The position numbers were made by a program, and so were the translations under genes. This document shows, in pieces, positions 1 through 8,848 of a stretch of DNA of 41,710 nucleotides (its first letter is position 1; the number at the start of each line of letters is the position of its first letter). The notes beneath the pieces were generated by a model. It made no database searches and was not told where the DNA came from. It was given only the letters and a program-made list of their open reading frames with translations. The stretch is from Deltaproteobacteria bacterium (GTDB lineage Bacteria; Desulfobacterota; Desulfobacteria; Desulfobacterales; UBA11574), in the NCBI GenBank assembly GCA_019310125.1, contig JAFDEW010000001.1, positions 1 to 41,710 on the forward strand. Reading direction: 5' to 3'.

Positions 1-1152
1 CGTATTATCCAATCCTTTGGAGACAAGAATCTGAAACAGGCGAGAATCGCCGTACTTAAATCCTGCTGCCGTACTGTTTAAAAAAAGACGCCATTGCCTC
101 ACAAACGTTTCATCAAACAATTTCCTAATTTTCTCTATATTTTCTTCAAAATTTTCCGCCCACTTTTCAAGAGTTTTGGCATAGTGCAGCCGCAAATTTT
201 CTACATCCAGGATGGAAAAACCGGTTTTTCCCATTTCTTTCACAATTTCTTGAAGCGTCGGAATATAGGCTCCGGGAAAGATATAATTAAACGTCCAGAG
301 ATCTACGGCAGACGGGGTATCTTTTCCAATGGTATGCAGCAGAGCCAGCCCCCCGCTTTTTAACAAATCCGAAACTTTTTGAATAAAATTCGGAATAAAT
401 TTTTTCCCTACGTGTTCCATCATGCCTATGGAAACTATTTTGTCAAATTTATCATCTAACTCTCTGTAATCTTTGTATAATATCTTAATTTGATTTTGAA
501 GCCCCAATTCTTCGATTTTACGATTGGCGTATTCGAACTGATTTTTCGATAGCGTAATTCCAACTCCGGTTATGCCATATTTTTGGGCTGCATAGATAAG
601 CATTCCGCCCCAGCCGCACCCAATGTCGAGAAGCAATTCATTGGGCTTAAGCAAAAGCTTGCGGGAAATATGTTCGTATTTGTTCAATTGTGCCTGTTCC
701 AGAGAATCGCCCGGCTTTGAAAAATACGCACAGGAGTAAGTCATGGTCTTATCAAGGTAGAGTTTATAAAATTCATCGCCCCTGTCGTAATGAAAGGAAA
801 TGTTTTTTGGGGCTCGTCGCAGGGTAGAACTGTTTAGCAGCGAAAAGATAAGCGTTCGAAATTTTTGCCAGAAAGATAAGCAATACTCGTCAAAATTAAT
901 GGCGAATCCCAGACGGAAAAGTTTTAGAAGATCCTTCTCTATTTCCAGATCTCCCTCCATATAGGCTTCTCCAAACCCTAAAAATCCTTTTCTGATGATT
1001 TTTTTGGTGCAACTTTCAGTTTTCAGACGTAATATTACCTCTGGAAAGCTTCCAAAACCTATGGTATCACCATCCCAGAATTCTATGGCAAAACATGCTG
1101 CTGGGTCGGCTTGATGCATCATTTGGGCGATATTTTTGATAACCTTTTTCAC
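1..1152 (-). CDS. cfa: Cyclopropane-fatty-acyl-phospholipid synthase family SAM-dependent methyltransferase; 3' end runs off the left edge of the window
   Basis: Absent from the ORF track because no stop codon lies inside the window. My translation of the minus strand from GTG at 1152 (GGAGG 5 nt upstream) stays open for 384 codons down to base 1. It reads VKKVIKNIAQMMHQ...FHYDRGDEFYKLYLDKTMTYSCAYF...LLDIGCGWGGMLIYAAQKYG (SAM motif I)...VSIGMMEHVGKK...LHTIGKD, the CFA-synthase pattern. ATG at 1122 is an alternative start. Confidence 0.8.
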   Translation of the reverse strand, partial: MKKVIKNIAQMMHQADPAACFAIEFWDGDTIGFGSFPEVILRLKTESCTKKIIRKGFLGFGEAYMEGDLEIEKDLLKLFRLGFAINFDEYCLSFWQKFRTLIFSLLNSSTLRRAPKNISFHYDRGDEFYKLYLDKTMTYSCAYFSKPGDSLEQAQLNKYEHISRKLLLKPNELLLDIGCGWGGMLIYAAQKYGITGVGITLSKNQFEYANRKIEELGLQNQIKILYKDYRELDDKFDKIVSIGMMEHVGKKFIPNFIQKVSDLLKSGGLALLHTIGKDTPSAVDLWTFNYIFPGAYIPTLQEIVKEMGKTGFSILDVENLRLHYAKTLEKWAENFEENIEKIRKLFDETFVRQWRLFLNSTAAGFKYGDSRLFQILVSKGLDNT

Positions 1153-1518
1153 AGCAACCTCCCTTATATTCTCTATGGCAGTTTAATATCCCTGCGTCCG
1201 CCAACTTCCTATATAATAGAACTTAGGCGCGTTGTCCCAATTGGCCTTGGGCACTTAAAAGGCTTAGACCCCGGAAGGAATAAGAGAATAATGAAGTAAT
1301 GGTGCCGGTGAAATAGAAAAAGATCACTGGGTAAAATGATGGCTTTTAAGGAGGTTCTGACAATCTAAACACGTTATTTCCGCTTTTACCCCCAATAGTC
1401 CAGTATTCTTTTCTTCCACACCGAAGGCATAAACAGGTTGTCATTAAAAAACTTGTGATTGGGTCAGGTTGTAGAATTCCCCACATATTCTATAAACATA
1501 ATAAACTATAGTTCATTT

Positions 1519-1580
1519 TGTCCATAGAGGTAAGTCTTTATTTTGATGGTGGAAATCCCTATGAGGCGGGAATTTATCCC
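1519..1580 (-). promoter_or_regulatory. Copy A of the 62-63 nt composite intergenic motif (candidate multi-site operator)
   Basis: Aligns along its full length with 4396-4458, 17832-17893 and 20620-20681. Minus-strand reading: GGGATAAATTCCC-N8-GGGATTTCCACC..ATCAAAAT..CTATGGACA. It lies between the RR1 stop (1627) and the cfa start (1152). Confidence 0.5.
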
Positions 1581-1626
1581 ACGCAATCGGGTGAAAAACG
1601 AATAAAATAAGTTTTTATAGACAGGC

Positions 1627-2304
1627 TTATTCTTTCCACAGGTCCACGTCGATAATTCCTAACCTTGCGGCATATCGAACCAGCTCTATGGTGCTGTGGA
1701 GATTAAGCTTGCGTAAAACATTTGATCTGTGGTTCTCAACTGTTTTGGGGCTGATGAAAAGTTTTTCTGCAATCTGTTTGGTTGAAAGGCCTTGTGCGAG
1801 CAATGCCATGATTTCTTGCTCTCGGGAGGTCAGAGTTTCATAGGTGGCATCGGTAATTTTCGCCTCTTTCTCTGGGAATTGCATTAGCTTTTTTACCACC
1901 CTTTGGGAGACGGAACTGTCCATGAAATACTCGCCCTTCAAGACAGTATCTATCCCCTGTAAAAGCCTTTCAGAGGCTGATTCCTTGACCACATATCCTG
2001 TGGCTCCGGCCTGAAATGCCTTGACAATATAATCTACTTTGGAGTGCATGGTAATAATCATGATACGTGTTTTCGGCGATACATTCTTAAGTTCGTGAGT
2101 CAGTTGGATGCCGCTTTGATCCGGCAAAGACATATCCACCAGCGCCATATCAGGCTTGAGCTTTCGCGCCATTTGGAGTCCATCACGTCCGTTTCCAGCC
2201 TCCCCAACCACCTCAAACCTATCATCACGCCCAATGATCGCTTTGAGGCCTTCTCTGAAAAGGGGATGGTCATCTATTATTAGTATGGTTTTCTTATGAA
2301 TCAC
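1627..2304 (-). CDS. NarL/FixJ-family response regulator (receiver + LuxR-type HTH), paralog 1
   Basis: The track ORF 1627..2478 is over-extended into the upstream kinase. I place the start at GTG 2304, giving MIHKKTILIIDDHPLF. This matches the paralog start in both SD context (TATAAGGAT-N7-GTG versus TATAAGGAG-N7-ATG) and the 11-nt overlap with the kinase stop. Receiver residues DD..D(LVDMSLPD)..T..K are present, and the C-terminus carries the GerE/LuxR HTH (LTSREQEIMALLAQGLSTKQIAEKLFISPKTVENHRSN). Confidence 0.85.
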   Translation of the reverse strand: MIHKKTILIIDDHPLFREGLKAIIGRDDRFEVVGEAGNGRDGLQMARKLKPDMALVDMSLPDQSGIQLTHELKNVSPKTRIMIITMHSKVDYIVKAFQAGATGYVVKESASERLLQGIDTVLKGEYFMDSSVSQRVVKKLMQFPEKEAKITDATYETLTSREQEIMALLAQGLSTKQIAEKLFISPKTVENHRSNVLRKLNLHSTIELVRYAARLGIIDVDLWKE

Positions 2305-4119
2305 CCTTATTATCCTTATAAGGAAGCATAATAGAAATCTTTGTGCCCTGCATGGGTTTTGACTGAATTTCCATTTCACCTTGAAGCAATTTAGCCCTTT
2401 GCTCCATGCTCCGAATTCCCATTCGTTTCTCTTCTGATAGGGTTGCCAATCGTTTCTGAACATCAAACCCCTTACCATTATCTTCTATACGAAGAATAAT
2501 ATTAGGGAAAGCTGCAACCAGTCTGATGGTCACATGTTCAGCGTCAGCGTGCTTTTTGATGTTGGCGAGACCTTCCTGAATCAGGCGATACAGATTGATT
2601 TCGGTGTCAAAATCCAGCGTTAAATCTTTCATGCCCGCAGAATGGAAATCAACATTTATTCCATTATCTTCAGAAAAATCATGGCAATACTGAAAAATAG
2701 TCTGTATAAGTCCCATTTCATCGAGTCCTGAAGGTCGTAAATAATATGAGAGATCACGGATTGCTTTGATGATCTCCTGAAGCATTATTGACATTTGAGA
2801 CATTCTTTTCCTGATCTCGGGGGTTATATTTGTTTGATTATCAAAAAGCGTTTCACAGCCAATTTTTACCGCAGAAAGCTCTTGCGCCACGTTATCATGC
2901 AGGTCACGGGAAATCCTCTGACGCTCACTTTCCTGAGTTCTCATTAGCTCCTGGGTGAGGATATTAATATGTTCTTCGGCCCTCTTTTGGTCGGTGATAT
3001 TTCTGGCAATCTGGATAAAGCTTTCAATTTCACCCGCATCATTTTTCAGAGGCACGCAGTAAGTGTCCCAGTAACTTTCCCCTTCTATCCCCTTTACCTT
3101 GGGTTGATACATGACCGCTCGTTCGATTTTACCCGTCTCCCGAGCTATTACAGTTGGGCATACTTTACAGGGTGTATCTCGACCAACGAAAAGTTTATAA
3201 CAGGTATGGCCTACTAAATCTTCGGTAGACATATTAAGCGCCATGGCTGTTGTTTTATTTGCCCAAATGATTTTCATGTCCTTATCAATATAACGAATCC
3301 TGTCAATAGAGGCGTCAAGAATTGCCCGTTTCTGAGATTCGCTCTGACGGAGCGATACTTCCATCCGTTTTTTTTCGGTAATATCAGTAATAAATGCAAA
3401 GGAACCCTGTACCTCTCCAGATTCATTCCTGATTGTTGTGGCATTAAAATATGTTGGCAGGTCTTGACCCTTCTTTTTTTTCAGGGTAATTTCATAACTG
3501 CGATGGAGTGTGGTCGATATCTTTGAGGTCTGTTCAATAAAAACTTTTCGGTTCTCATCATCAACAAAGTCAAAAGGTGTTTTGCCAAGCATCTCATCTT
3601 GACTGTATCCAAGCATTTTGCAAAGAGCCGCGTTGACTTCGATAGTTTCGAGTTCAGAACTCTCAGTGACTCCTCAGCTTGCTTCCGTTCGACAATTCTT
3701 CCGGTTAGCCCGGCAATAGCATTGATCAAATTTCTTTCTTCTTTAAGGAATGGACCTTCATCAATTTCCGGATTTTCTTTCAGGTAATAAACTTCCAAAA
3801 CACCACTCTGTTCACCACGCACTTTAATGTCGGAGCTCTGTTTCCAAATTGTCTCCCGAAATTTTTTTGTTCTCAATTCTGTGCCATGTATTATGACTCG
3901 TGCACAAGTGATCTCCGGATATTGCCACGAGGGGGGAATAAGATCCATTATCCCCTGAAGAATCTCCTCCAACGAAATATCCTGCTGCTCAACAAGATTG
4001 GCAATACCATAAAGGCAGTTGAGTTCCTTAACCCGTTCTCCACTATCATGGGTTTTCTGCCTCAGGGCTTCCTGTTCAAGTTTTCGTTCAGTGATGTCTT
4101 GCCAGATGCGTTTGCTCAT
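2294..4119 (-). pseudogene. Sensor histidine kinase paralog 1 (GAF-like sensor module, PAS, PAS, HisKA_3, HATPase), split into two reading frames
   Basis: ORFs 3481..4119 and 2294..3616 are consecutive parts of one kinase in different frames. The upstream frame reads ...RKQAEESLRVLNS and then becomes nonsense. The downstream frame opens just after a TGA (3674-3676) and reads GVTESSELETIEVNAALCKMLGYSQDEMLGK, which is the middle of a PAS domain. The H-box RISRDLHDNVAQELS and the ATPase region (EDNGKGF, GIRSMEQRA) are intact. Confidence 0.6.
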
Positions 4120-4395
4120 AGTAATTCCAATTTGCTTCTCTCTTAGGAATTAATAAGTTCCCAACAGAAAAAAACGAAAAGGCCCATATTTTGTTACAGT
4201 TTTTAAACTGTATATGAGCCTTTATCTATCACATAGGGCTACCCCCTGAAATTGGCTGTTATTATCTTATATTTATGTTATTTTAATAGGTTATATGTCA
4301 TTTTGAATTGGGCTTTTAATTTTCATTTAATAATAAATATTATAGATAACCATATAATTTTATAAAAAATAATTTATTACAGATTTAAAAAAATA

Positions 4396-4458
4396 AGTCT
4401 ATAGGATAAAGTTCTTATTTTTATAGGAAAAAATCCTAAAGATATAGGGGGTTATCCC
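4396..4458 (-). promoter_or_regulatory. Copy B of the 62-63 nt composite intergenic motif
   Basis: Minus-strand reading: GGGATAACCCCC-N9-AGGATTTTTTCC..ATAAAAAT..CTATAGACT. It lies about 277 nt upstream of the HK1 start. The stop codon of the DUF72 remnant (4452-4454) lies inside its GGGATAA box. Confidence 0.5.
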
Positions 4459-4646
4459 GCAGTATCTGAAATAAACCAGGCAATATTATGTTTTTTTAGA
4501 GAAAATAGCGCCTTTTCTTCCAACCAACTCGGGTGTTTTGCGTAGAATTTCAACAAATCCGACTTGGGGCAACGCTTCTCATAGAATACTTCTTTCCAGT
4601 GATCATAGCTCCATCCGGAGGTTCCGATATGTATTTTGGTCTGCAT
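4452..4646 (-). pseudogene. DUF72-family gene remnant (internally deleted and 3'-truncated)
   Basis: From ATG 4646 the ORF reads MQTKIHIGTSGWSYDHWKEVFYEKRCPKSDLLKFYAKH, a DUF72 N-terminus. This is joined directly to PSWLEEKALFSLKKHNIAWFISDTAG, a region near the DUF72 C-terminus, followed by a stop. At 64 aa it is far shorter than the family as I recall it (roughly 250 aa). Confidence 0.55.
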
Positions 4647-4668
4647 TCGAGGTAAAACTACTTCTTCT

Positions 4669-6772
4669 TTAAGGATGTCCCAATTCATTACAGCCGAAGG
4701 AAACAGGTTCAAGGACCAGTGCCGTGCGGGTGGGAATATATAGGCTAAGCAGATTCCGTTGCCGTTCCATTGATGTGTCGAACAGGGTCAGATGATATTG
4801 ATCCGGGTGTAAACGGTTGTGGCCCCCATATTCCGACGCATCACTGTTGAAAATCATACGGTATTTTCCAGGCGGCGCTTCGAATCGATAATCCGAATAT
4901 GAGCGTTCGGGATGAAAGTTGAAAATGAATAGAAGCTCTGCTCTTTCAAATATAATAATTTTATTGTCCGAGTGTTCATAAATAAGATGTACTTCTTGTG
5001 ATTTCAGTAGGCTGTGATCCACAGACAGGGATATCATGTCTCGATCAAAACGGGCGAGGAATTGATACTTCAAGTTTTCGTCATCCACCAGATGCCATTG
5101 GCGCCGGGCATATCTGTAAGACCAGTTGTTTCCTTCCCTCGGAAAGTCGATCCATTCGGGATGTCCGAATTCATTACCCATGAAATTGAGATAGCCATTA
5201 CCCGCCGTGGCCAGAGTGATGAGCCGGATCATTTTATGCAGAGCCATTCCGCGGGCCACGGTATGGGTATCCTCACCCACTTGCATGTAATCATATATAT
5301 CCGCGTCGATTAAACGGAAGATAATCGTCTTATCTCCCACCAGTGCCTGGTCGTGGGACTCGGTGTAGCTGATTGTTTTTTCATCCCTTCTCCGGTTGGT
5401 CAATTCATACCAAAGGTTTCCCATGTGCCATTGTTCATCCGGCGTATCTTTGACAAGTCGTATCCAGTTGTCGGGAACTCCCATGGCAAAACGATAATCA
5501 AATCCAACGCCGCCGGATGAAATCGGAACAGCCAGCCCGGGCATTCCGCTGATATCTTCAGCTATGGTAACCGCATCAGGCCGCACATCATGGATCAGTT
5601 TGTTGGCCAAAGCCAGATAGGTAAGAGCATCTTCGTCCACGTTGTCGTCAAAGTAGTCGTCGTAGGAAGTAAATGCTTTTTCCAAGCCGTGATCCATGTA
5701 AAGCATACTGGTCACTCCGTCAAAACGGAAGCCGTCCAAATTATATTCATCCAGCCAGAAACGGCAGTTGGAAAGAAGGAAATGAAGAACCGGGTGCTTT
5801 CCATAGTCAAAACACCTGGAATCCCAGGCTTCGTGAATACCTCGTGGTCCTTCATGAAAGTATTGATGTAGTGTGCCGTCAAATCTGCTCAACCCCTCCA
5901 CCTCGTTGGAAACCCCGTGTGAATGGACCATATCCATGATCACCCTCAGACCCGCGGCGTGAGCCGTATCGATAAGATCTTTGAGCTCTTCCGGTGTTCC
6001 GAACCGGGACGAAGCCGCAAAAAAGTTCGAAACCTGGTAGCCAAAAGAACCGTAGTAAGGATGCTCCTGGATCGCCATTAATTGCAGTGTATTGTAGCCG
6101 GTCGCAGCAATACGCGGAAGGATCTGTGTGGTAAATTCTCTATAAGAGCCGATTTTCAGAGCCGATTTTCTCCTCTTCCTGGGCCATGCCCACATGGACT
6201 TCGTAAACAAATATCGGGTCCGACGGAGACTGAAAATCCATACACTTCCAGCGATACGGATCCGACGGGGACCAGACCTGGGCATTAAAAATTAGCGTAT
6301 CAGGGTCCTGAACAACGCGACGGGAATAGGCAGGAATACGATCGCCTTCACCACCGTGCCAGTGGATACGGAGTCGATAATGATCGCCGTGTTTCAATTT
6401 GTCTTGAGACAAGCGAATTTCCCAATGACCATCTTGACTAATCCGGTGCAAAGCAAAGTCTTTTTTTTCTTGCCAGTTCGTCATATCGCCAATCAAGTAA
6501 ATCCGGTTGGCATTGGGCGCCCATTCGCGAAAGATCCATTCATTGTTTCGCAAGTGCAATCCAAAATATTCGTGGCCGGCGGCGAAGTCCGCCAGGCTTC
6601 CTTGGCCCTGGGTCAGGCGCGATTCTATCTCGATTCTTTTTAGCAATCGCCGGTGAATGGTTTTCTTATACGGGGCCAAGTAGGGATCTCGGAATAAAAG
6701 ACCCTTGAGTATGGTATTGATATGATTTTCTTGACCCGGACTTTTTGGATCACCTGAGGTTTCGAGCATCAT
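4669..6772 (-). pseudogene. glgB: 1,4-alpha-glucan branching enzyme, eukaryote-like GH13 type, frameshifted by a 13-bp tandem duplication
   Basis: ORFs 6140..6772 and 4669..6285 are one gene. GH13 regions are visible: RVIMDMVHSH, LDGFRFDGVTSM, TIAEDISG, SYTESHDQA. The N-terminus HEYFGLHLRNNEWIFREWAPNANRIYLIGDMTNW resembles eukaryotic branching enzymes. Removing one copy of the duplicated 13-mer at 6145-6170 restores ...EEEKIGSYREFT... and a single 696-codon frame. Confidence 0.8.
6145..6170. repeat. Perfect 13-bp tandem duplication (agagccgattttc x2) inside glgB
   Basis: Read directly: 6145-6157 and 6158-6170 are identical. The two glgB ORF frames differ by 1 nt and 13 mod 3 = 1, so the duplication fully accounts for the frameshift. 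Confidence 0.95.
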
Positions 6773-6808
6773 GAATCTTTTTTTGGGTTGTTTGGGTTAT
6801 GCTTGGTT

Positions 6809-8338
6809 TTAGCTATCCGACGGTTTGTTCACAATCAGGGGCCGCCGAAGCATCTTCTCATAAAGATCGATATACTGTCGAGCAGTTGCGGCATGGGTAA
6901 ATTTGGCGGCACTTTCGGTCATGACCCGTTTGATTTGCTTTGCCTTTATCCTGTCGGTCAGATTATAAAAGTTCATGGCCTGGTTGACGGCCCAGAGCAG
7001 CCCATTGGCATCAAAAGCCTTAAACAGGAAGCCATTGCCGGAATTGTTTTCAACATCCAGATCACTGATGGTATCATGGATCCCGCCGGTATCATGGGCC
7101 ACTGGAAGACTTCCGTAAAGCGGAGCTATCATTTGCGGAAGACCGCACGGTTCAAAACTAGACGGCATGAGGATAAAATCCGAAGCGCCGTAAGCCTGAT
7201 GTTCCAGCTCGTTATCAAAATCGCAGATTGCCACGCGTTTCTGAAATCCGTGATAATTCACAATGTCTCTGAATACCATTTGATAATCGCCATTGGCCAC
7301 AAAGACGACCTGAAGATTCTGGTTCCAGTATTTCGAAATTACCGTGTAAAATATTTTGTCCAACAACTGGCATCCTTTTTGAACCGGATCCAGCCGGGAT
7401 GGCCAGAAGAAGACCGGTGCTTTTTCGTCTTTAATCAGTCCCAACTTTTCCTGCAAAAACAGCTTGTTTACTCGTTTGCCCAATAAAAAATCCTCATGAC
7501 CGTAGGTTTGCTTGAGATGTTCATCAGCAGAAGGATCAAAAGAAGGATCCGGCGCATTCAATATTCCAACGGCACAGCCGGCACGATACTTATTGGTCAA
7601 TTCCCGTTGTATGGGAGGTTCGACAAAACCATGCCTCCCATTGACGACTTCCAGCAGGAATGTCGGGCTGACAATATTCACAAAATGAGCGGCAAAAATT
7701 CCACTGGTGAGAAAGTCTACGGGGTTGGTATCTCGTATGTCCTCATAATTTATGGCCATTTTTTCGTAATACAATTTTCGCCAAAAATAGGCGGCATCGA
7801 TTCCCCTGTCCTCCATGTAGGCCAGTGTTGTCTTTACCGTGTGTACATTATGAATGGTAAAAAGGCATGGGATTTCCATTTGTCTGGCCATGGCCGGAAT
7901 GATACCGGTCATCCAATCATTGCAGTGAATCAGATCCGGTTGCACCTGGGGGACGATGTGATTGATCACCTCACGTTGAAACGCCAGGGCGAGTTTAATG
8001 TTTTCCTCTCCATACGAAGAATAGACACGGTTGATGTAATAAAAGGCCCTGTCTTCCGCCAGATGGATACGATCATCGGGCATCTTGCGCTGAATTTTAT
8101 TGAGCTCTTTTTTTAGAACAGGTGCCAATCCGTTGCTGAAGATGGAACGGTAGTCGGGAATGGCCACGTGCACATCCGCTCCCTGTTCAAACAGGGCAGT
8201 AATCAGAGATGCCGAAACGTCGGCAAGCCCCCCTGCTTTTGCGGTAAAAAAAGAGGCCATCCCTCCCATACGGTCCGGCAGATACGTTACCTCCGGAGTA
8301 ACAATGAGAATGCGGGGATTGCTCTGTGGATGTGTCAT
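6809..8338 (-). CDS. glgA: Glycogen (alpha-1,4-glucan) synthase
   Basis: N-terminus RILIVTPEVTYLPDRMGGMASFFTAKAGGLADV contains the K-x-GGL motif of starch/glycogen synthases. The C-terminal GT-B half reads MPSSFEPCGLPQM. I prefer ATG 8338 (MTHPQSNPRILIV) over the TTG at 8371 used by the track. Confidence 0.8.
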   Translation of the reverse strand: MTHPQSNPRILIVTPEVTYLPDRMGGMASFFTAKAGGLADVSASLITALFEQGADVHVAIPDYRSIFSNGLAPVLKKELNKIQRKMPDDRIHLAEDRAFYYINRVYSSYGEENIKLALAFQREVINHIVPQVQPDLIHCNDWMTGIIPAMARQMEIPCLFTIHNVHTVKTTLAYMEDRGIDAAYFWRKLYYEKMAINYEDIRDTNPVDFLTSGIFAAHFVNIVSPTFLLEVVNGRHGFVEPPIQRELTNKYRAGCAVGILNAPDPSFDPSADEHLKQTYGHEDFLLGKRVNKLFLQEKLGLIKDEKAPVFFWPSRLDPVQKGCQLLDKIFYTVISKYWNQNLQVVFVANGDYQMVFRDIVNYHGFQKRVAICDFDNELEHQAYGASDFILMPSSFEPCGLPQMIAPLYGSLPVAHDTGGIHDTISDLDVENNSGNGFLFKAFDANGLLWAVNQAMNFYNLTDRIKAKQIKRVMTESAAKFTHAATARQYIDLYEKMLRRPLIVNKPSDS

Positions 8339-8592
8339 GGTAAGTCCTAACCCGGACAAGCCGGAACCCAAGAGAATTTAAAATTAAATATCGACAATTT
8401 AAGGAAGTCGCTCCCGCCCGTCATTGTAAATCACAAGCGGGCAGGTCGCTCGATCATTTTGGTGTTGATAATAATTAAAATCCGGAAAAATTCCTTAGCC
8501 ATTTAACATTCAACTCAAATTCGTCACTCGACGACTCAACCAGTTTAAAATTTTCAATCATCAATCGTCAATCTTAAATTTTCAATCCATAG

Positions 8593-8848
8593 CCCGGATA
8601 TTTCACGAGTGCGAGGCGTTCATTTGCAAGGCATTCAAGGGCGCAGCCGTAGTGAACTACTGCAAGCCCTTGATAACGAAGCAAATGGGCGCCTCGCACT
8701 CGACCGAAGGGTGAAAAATTTTGAGAAATTGAACAAGAAAATCTTCGGTACAAACTGTCACCTCACAACTAGAGGCAAAATTGTAAATAACAAACTGTTC
8801 TTATTAATAATACAAAAACTTCTCGAAAATTTTCATGAGATGTTCGGG
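8593..8848 (+). repeat. MITE-like composite element M1 (degenerate copy) carrying hairpin E1
   Basis: The outer arms 8593-8607 (cccggatatttcacg) and 8834-8848 (catgagatgttcggg) pair at 11 Watson-Crick and 3 G-T positions out of 15. The layout parallels 35353-35561. It ends directly at the glgP stop codon (8849-8851). Confidence 0.45.
8607..8701 (+). repeat. 95-nt structured hairpin element E1 (candidate structured RNA or ssDNA element)
   Basis: Four stems: a perfect 12-bp basal stem gagtgcgaggcg/cgcctcgcactc, then catttgc/gcaaatg, tcaaggg/cccttga and gccgtag/ctactgc, closed by a tgaa loop. A second 95-nt copy at 35369-35463 has compensatory changes in the stems. Confidence 0.7.

Noticed and set aside
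1627-2478. Long N-terminal extensions in the ORF track (RR1 to 2478, flxD to 24737, glgA to 8371, HdrD-like from 29341, GNAT from 30903, IMPase-family gene from 32830)
   Set aside because: The extensions overlap the upstream gene or lack coding character. Internal starts with an SD, and agreement with the paralog or family N-terminus, were preferred.
6140-6285. Programmed frameshifting or selenocysteine recoding as an explanation for the split genes (glgB, kinase, aspS)
   Set aside because: glgB is fully explained by the 13-bp duplication. The kinase and aspS junctions also lack residues relative to homologues, so they are deletions, not recoding. The frames end at different stop codons, and I saw no slippery heptamer or SECIS-like hairpin.
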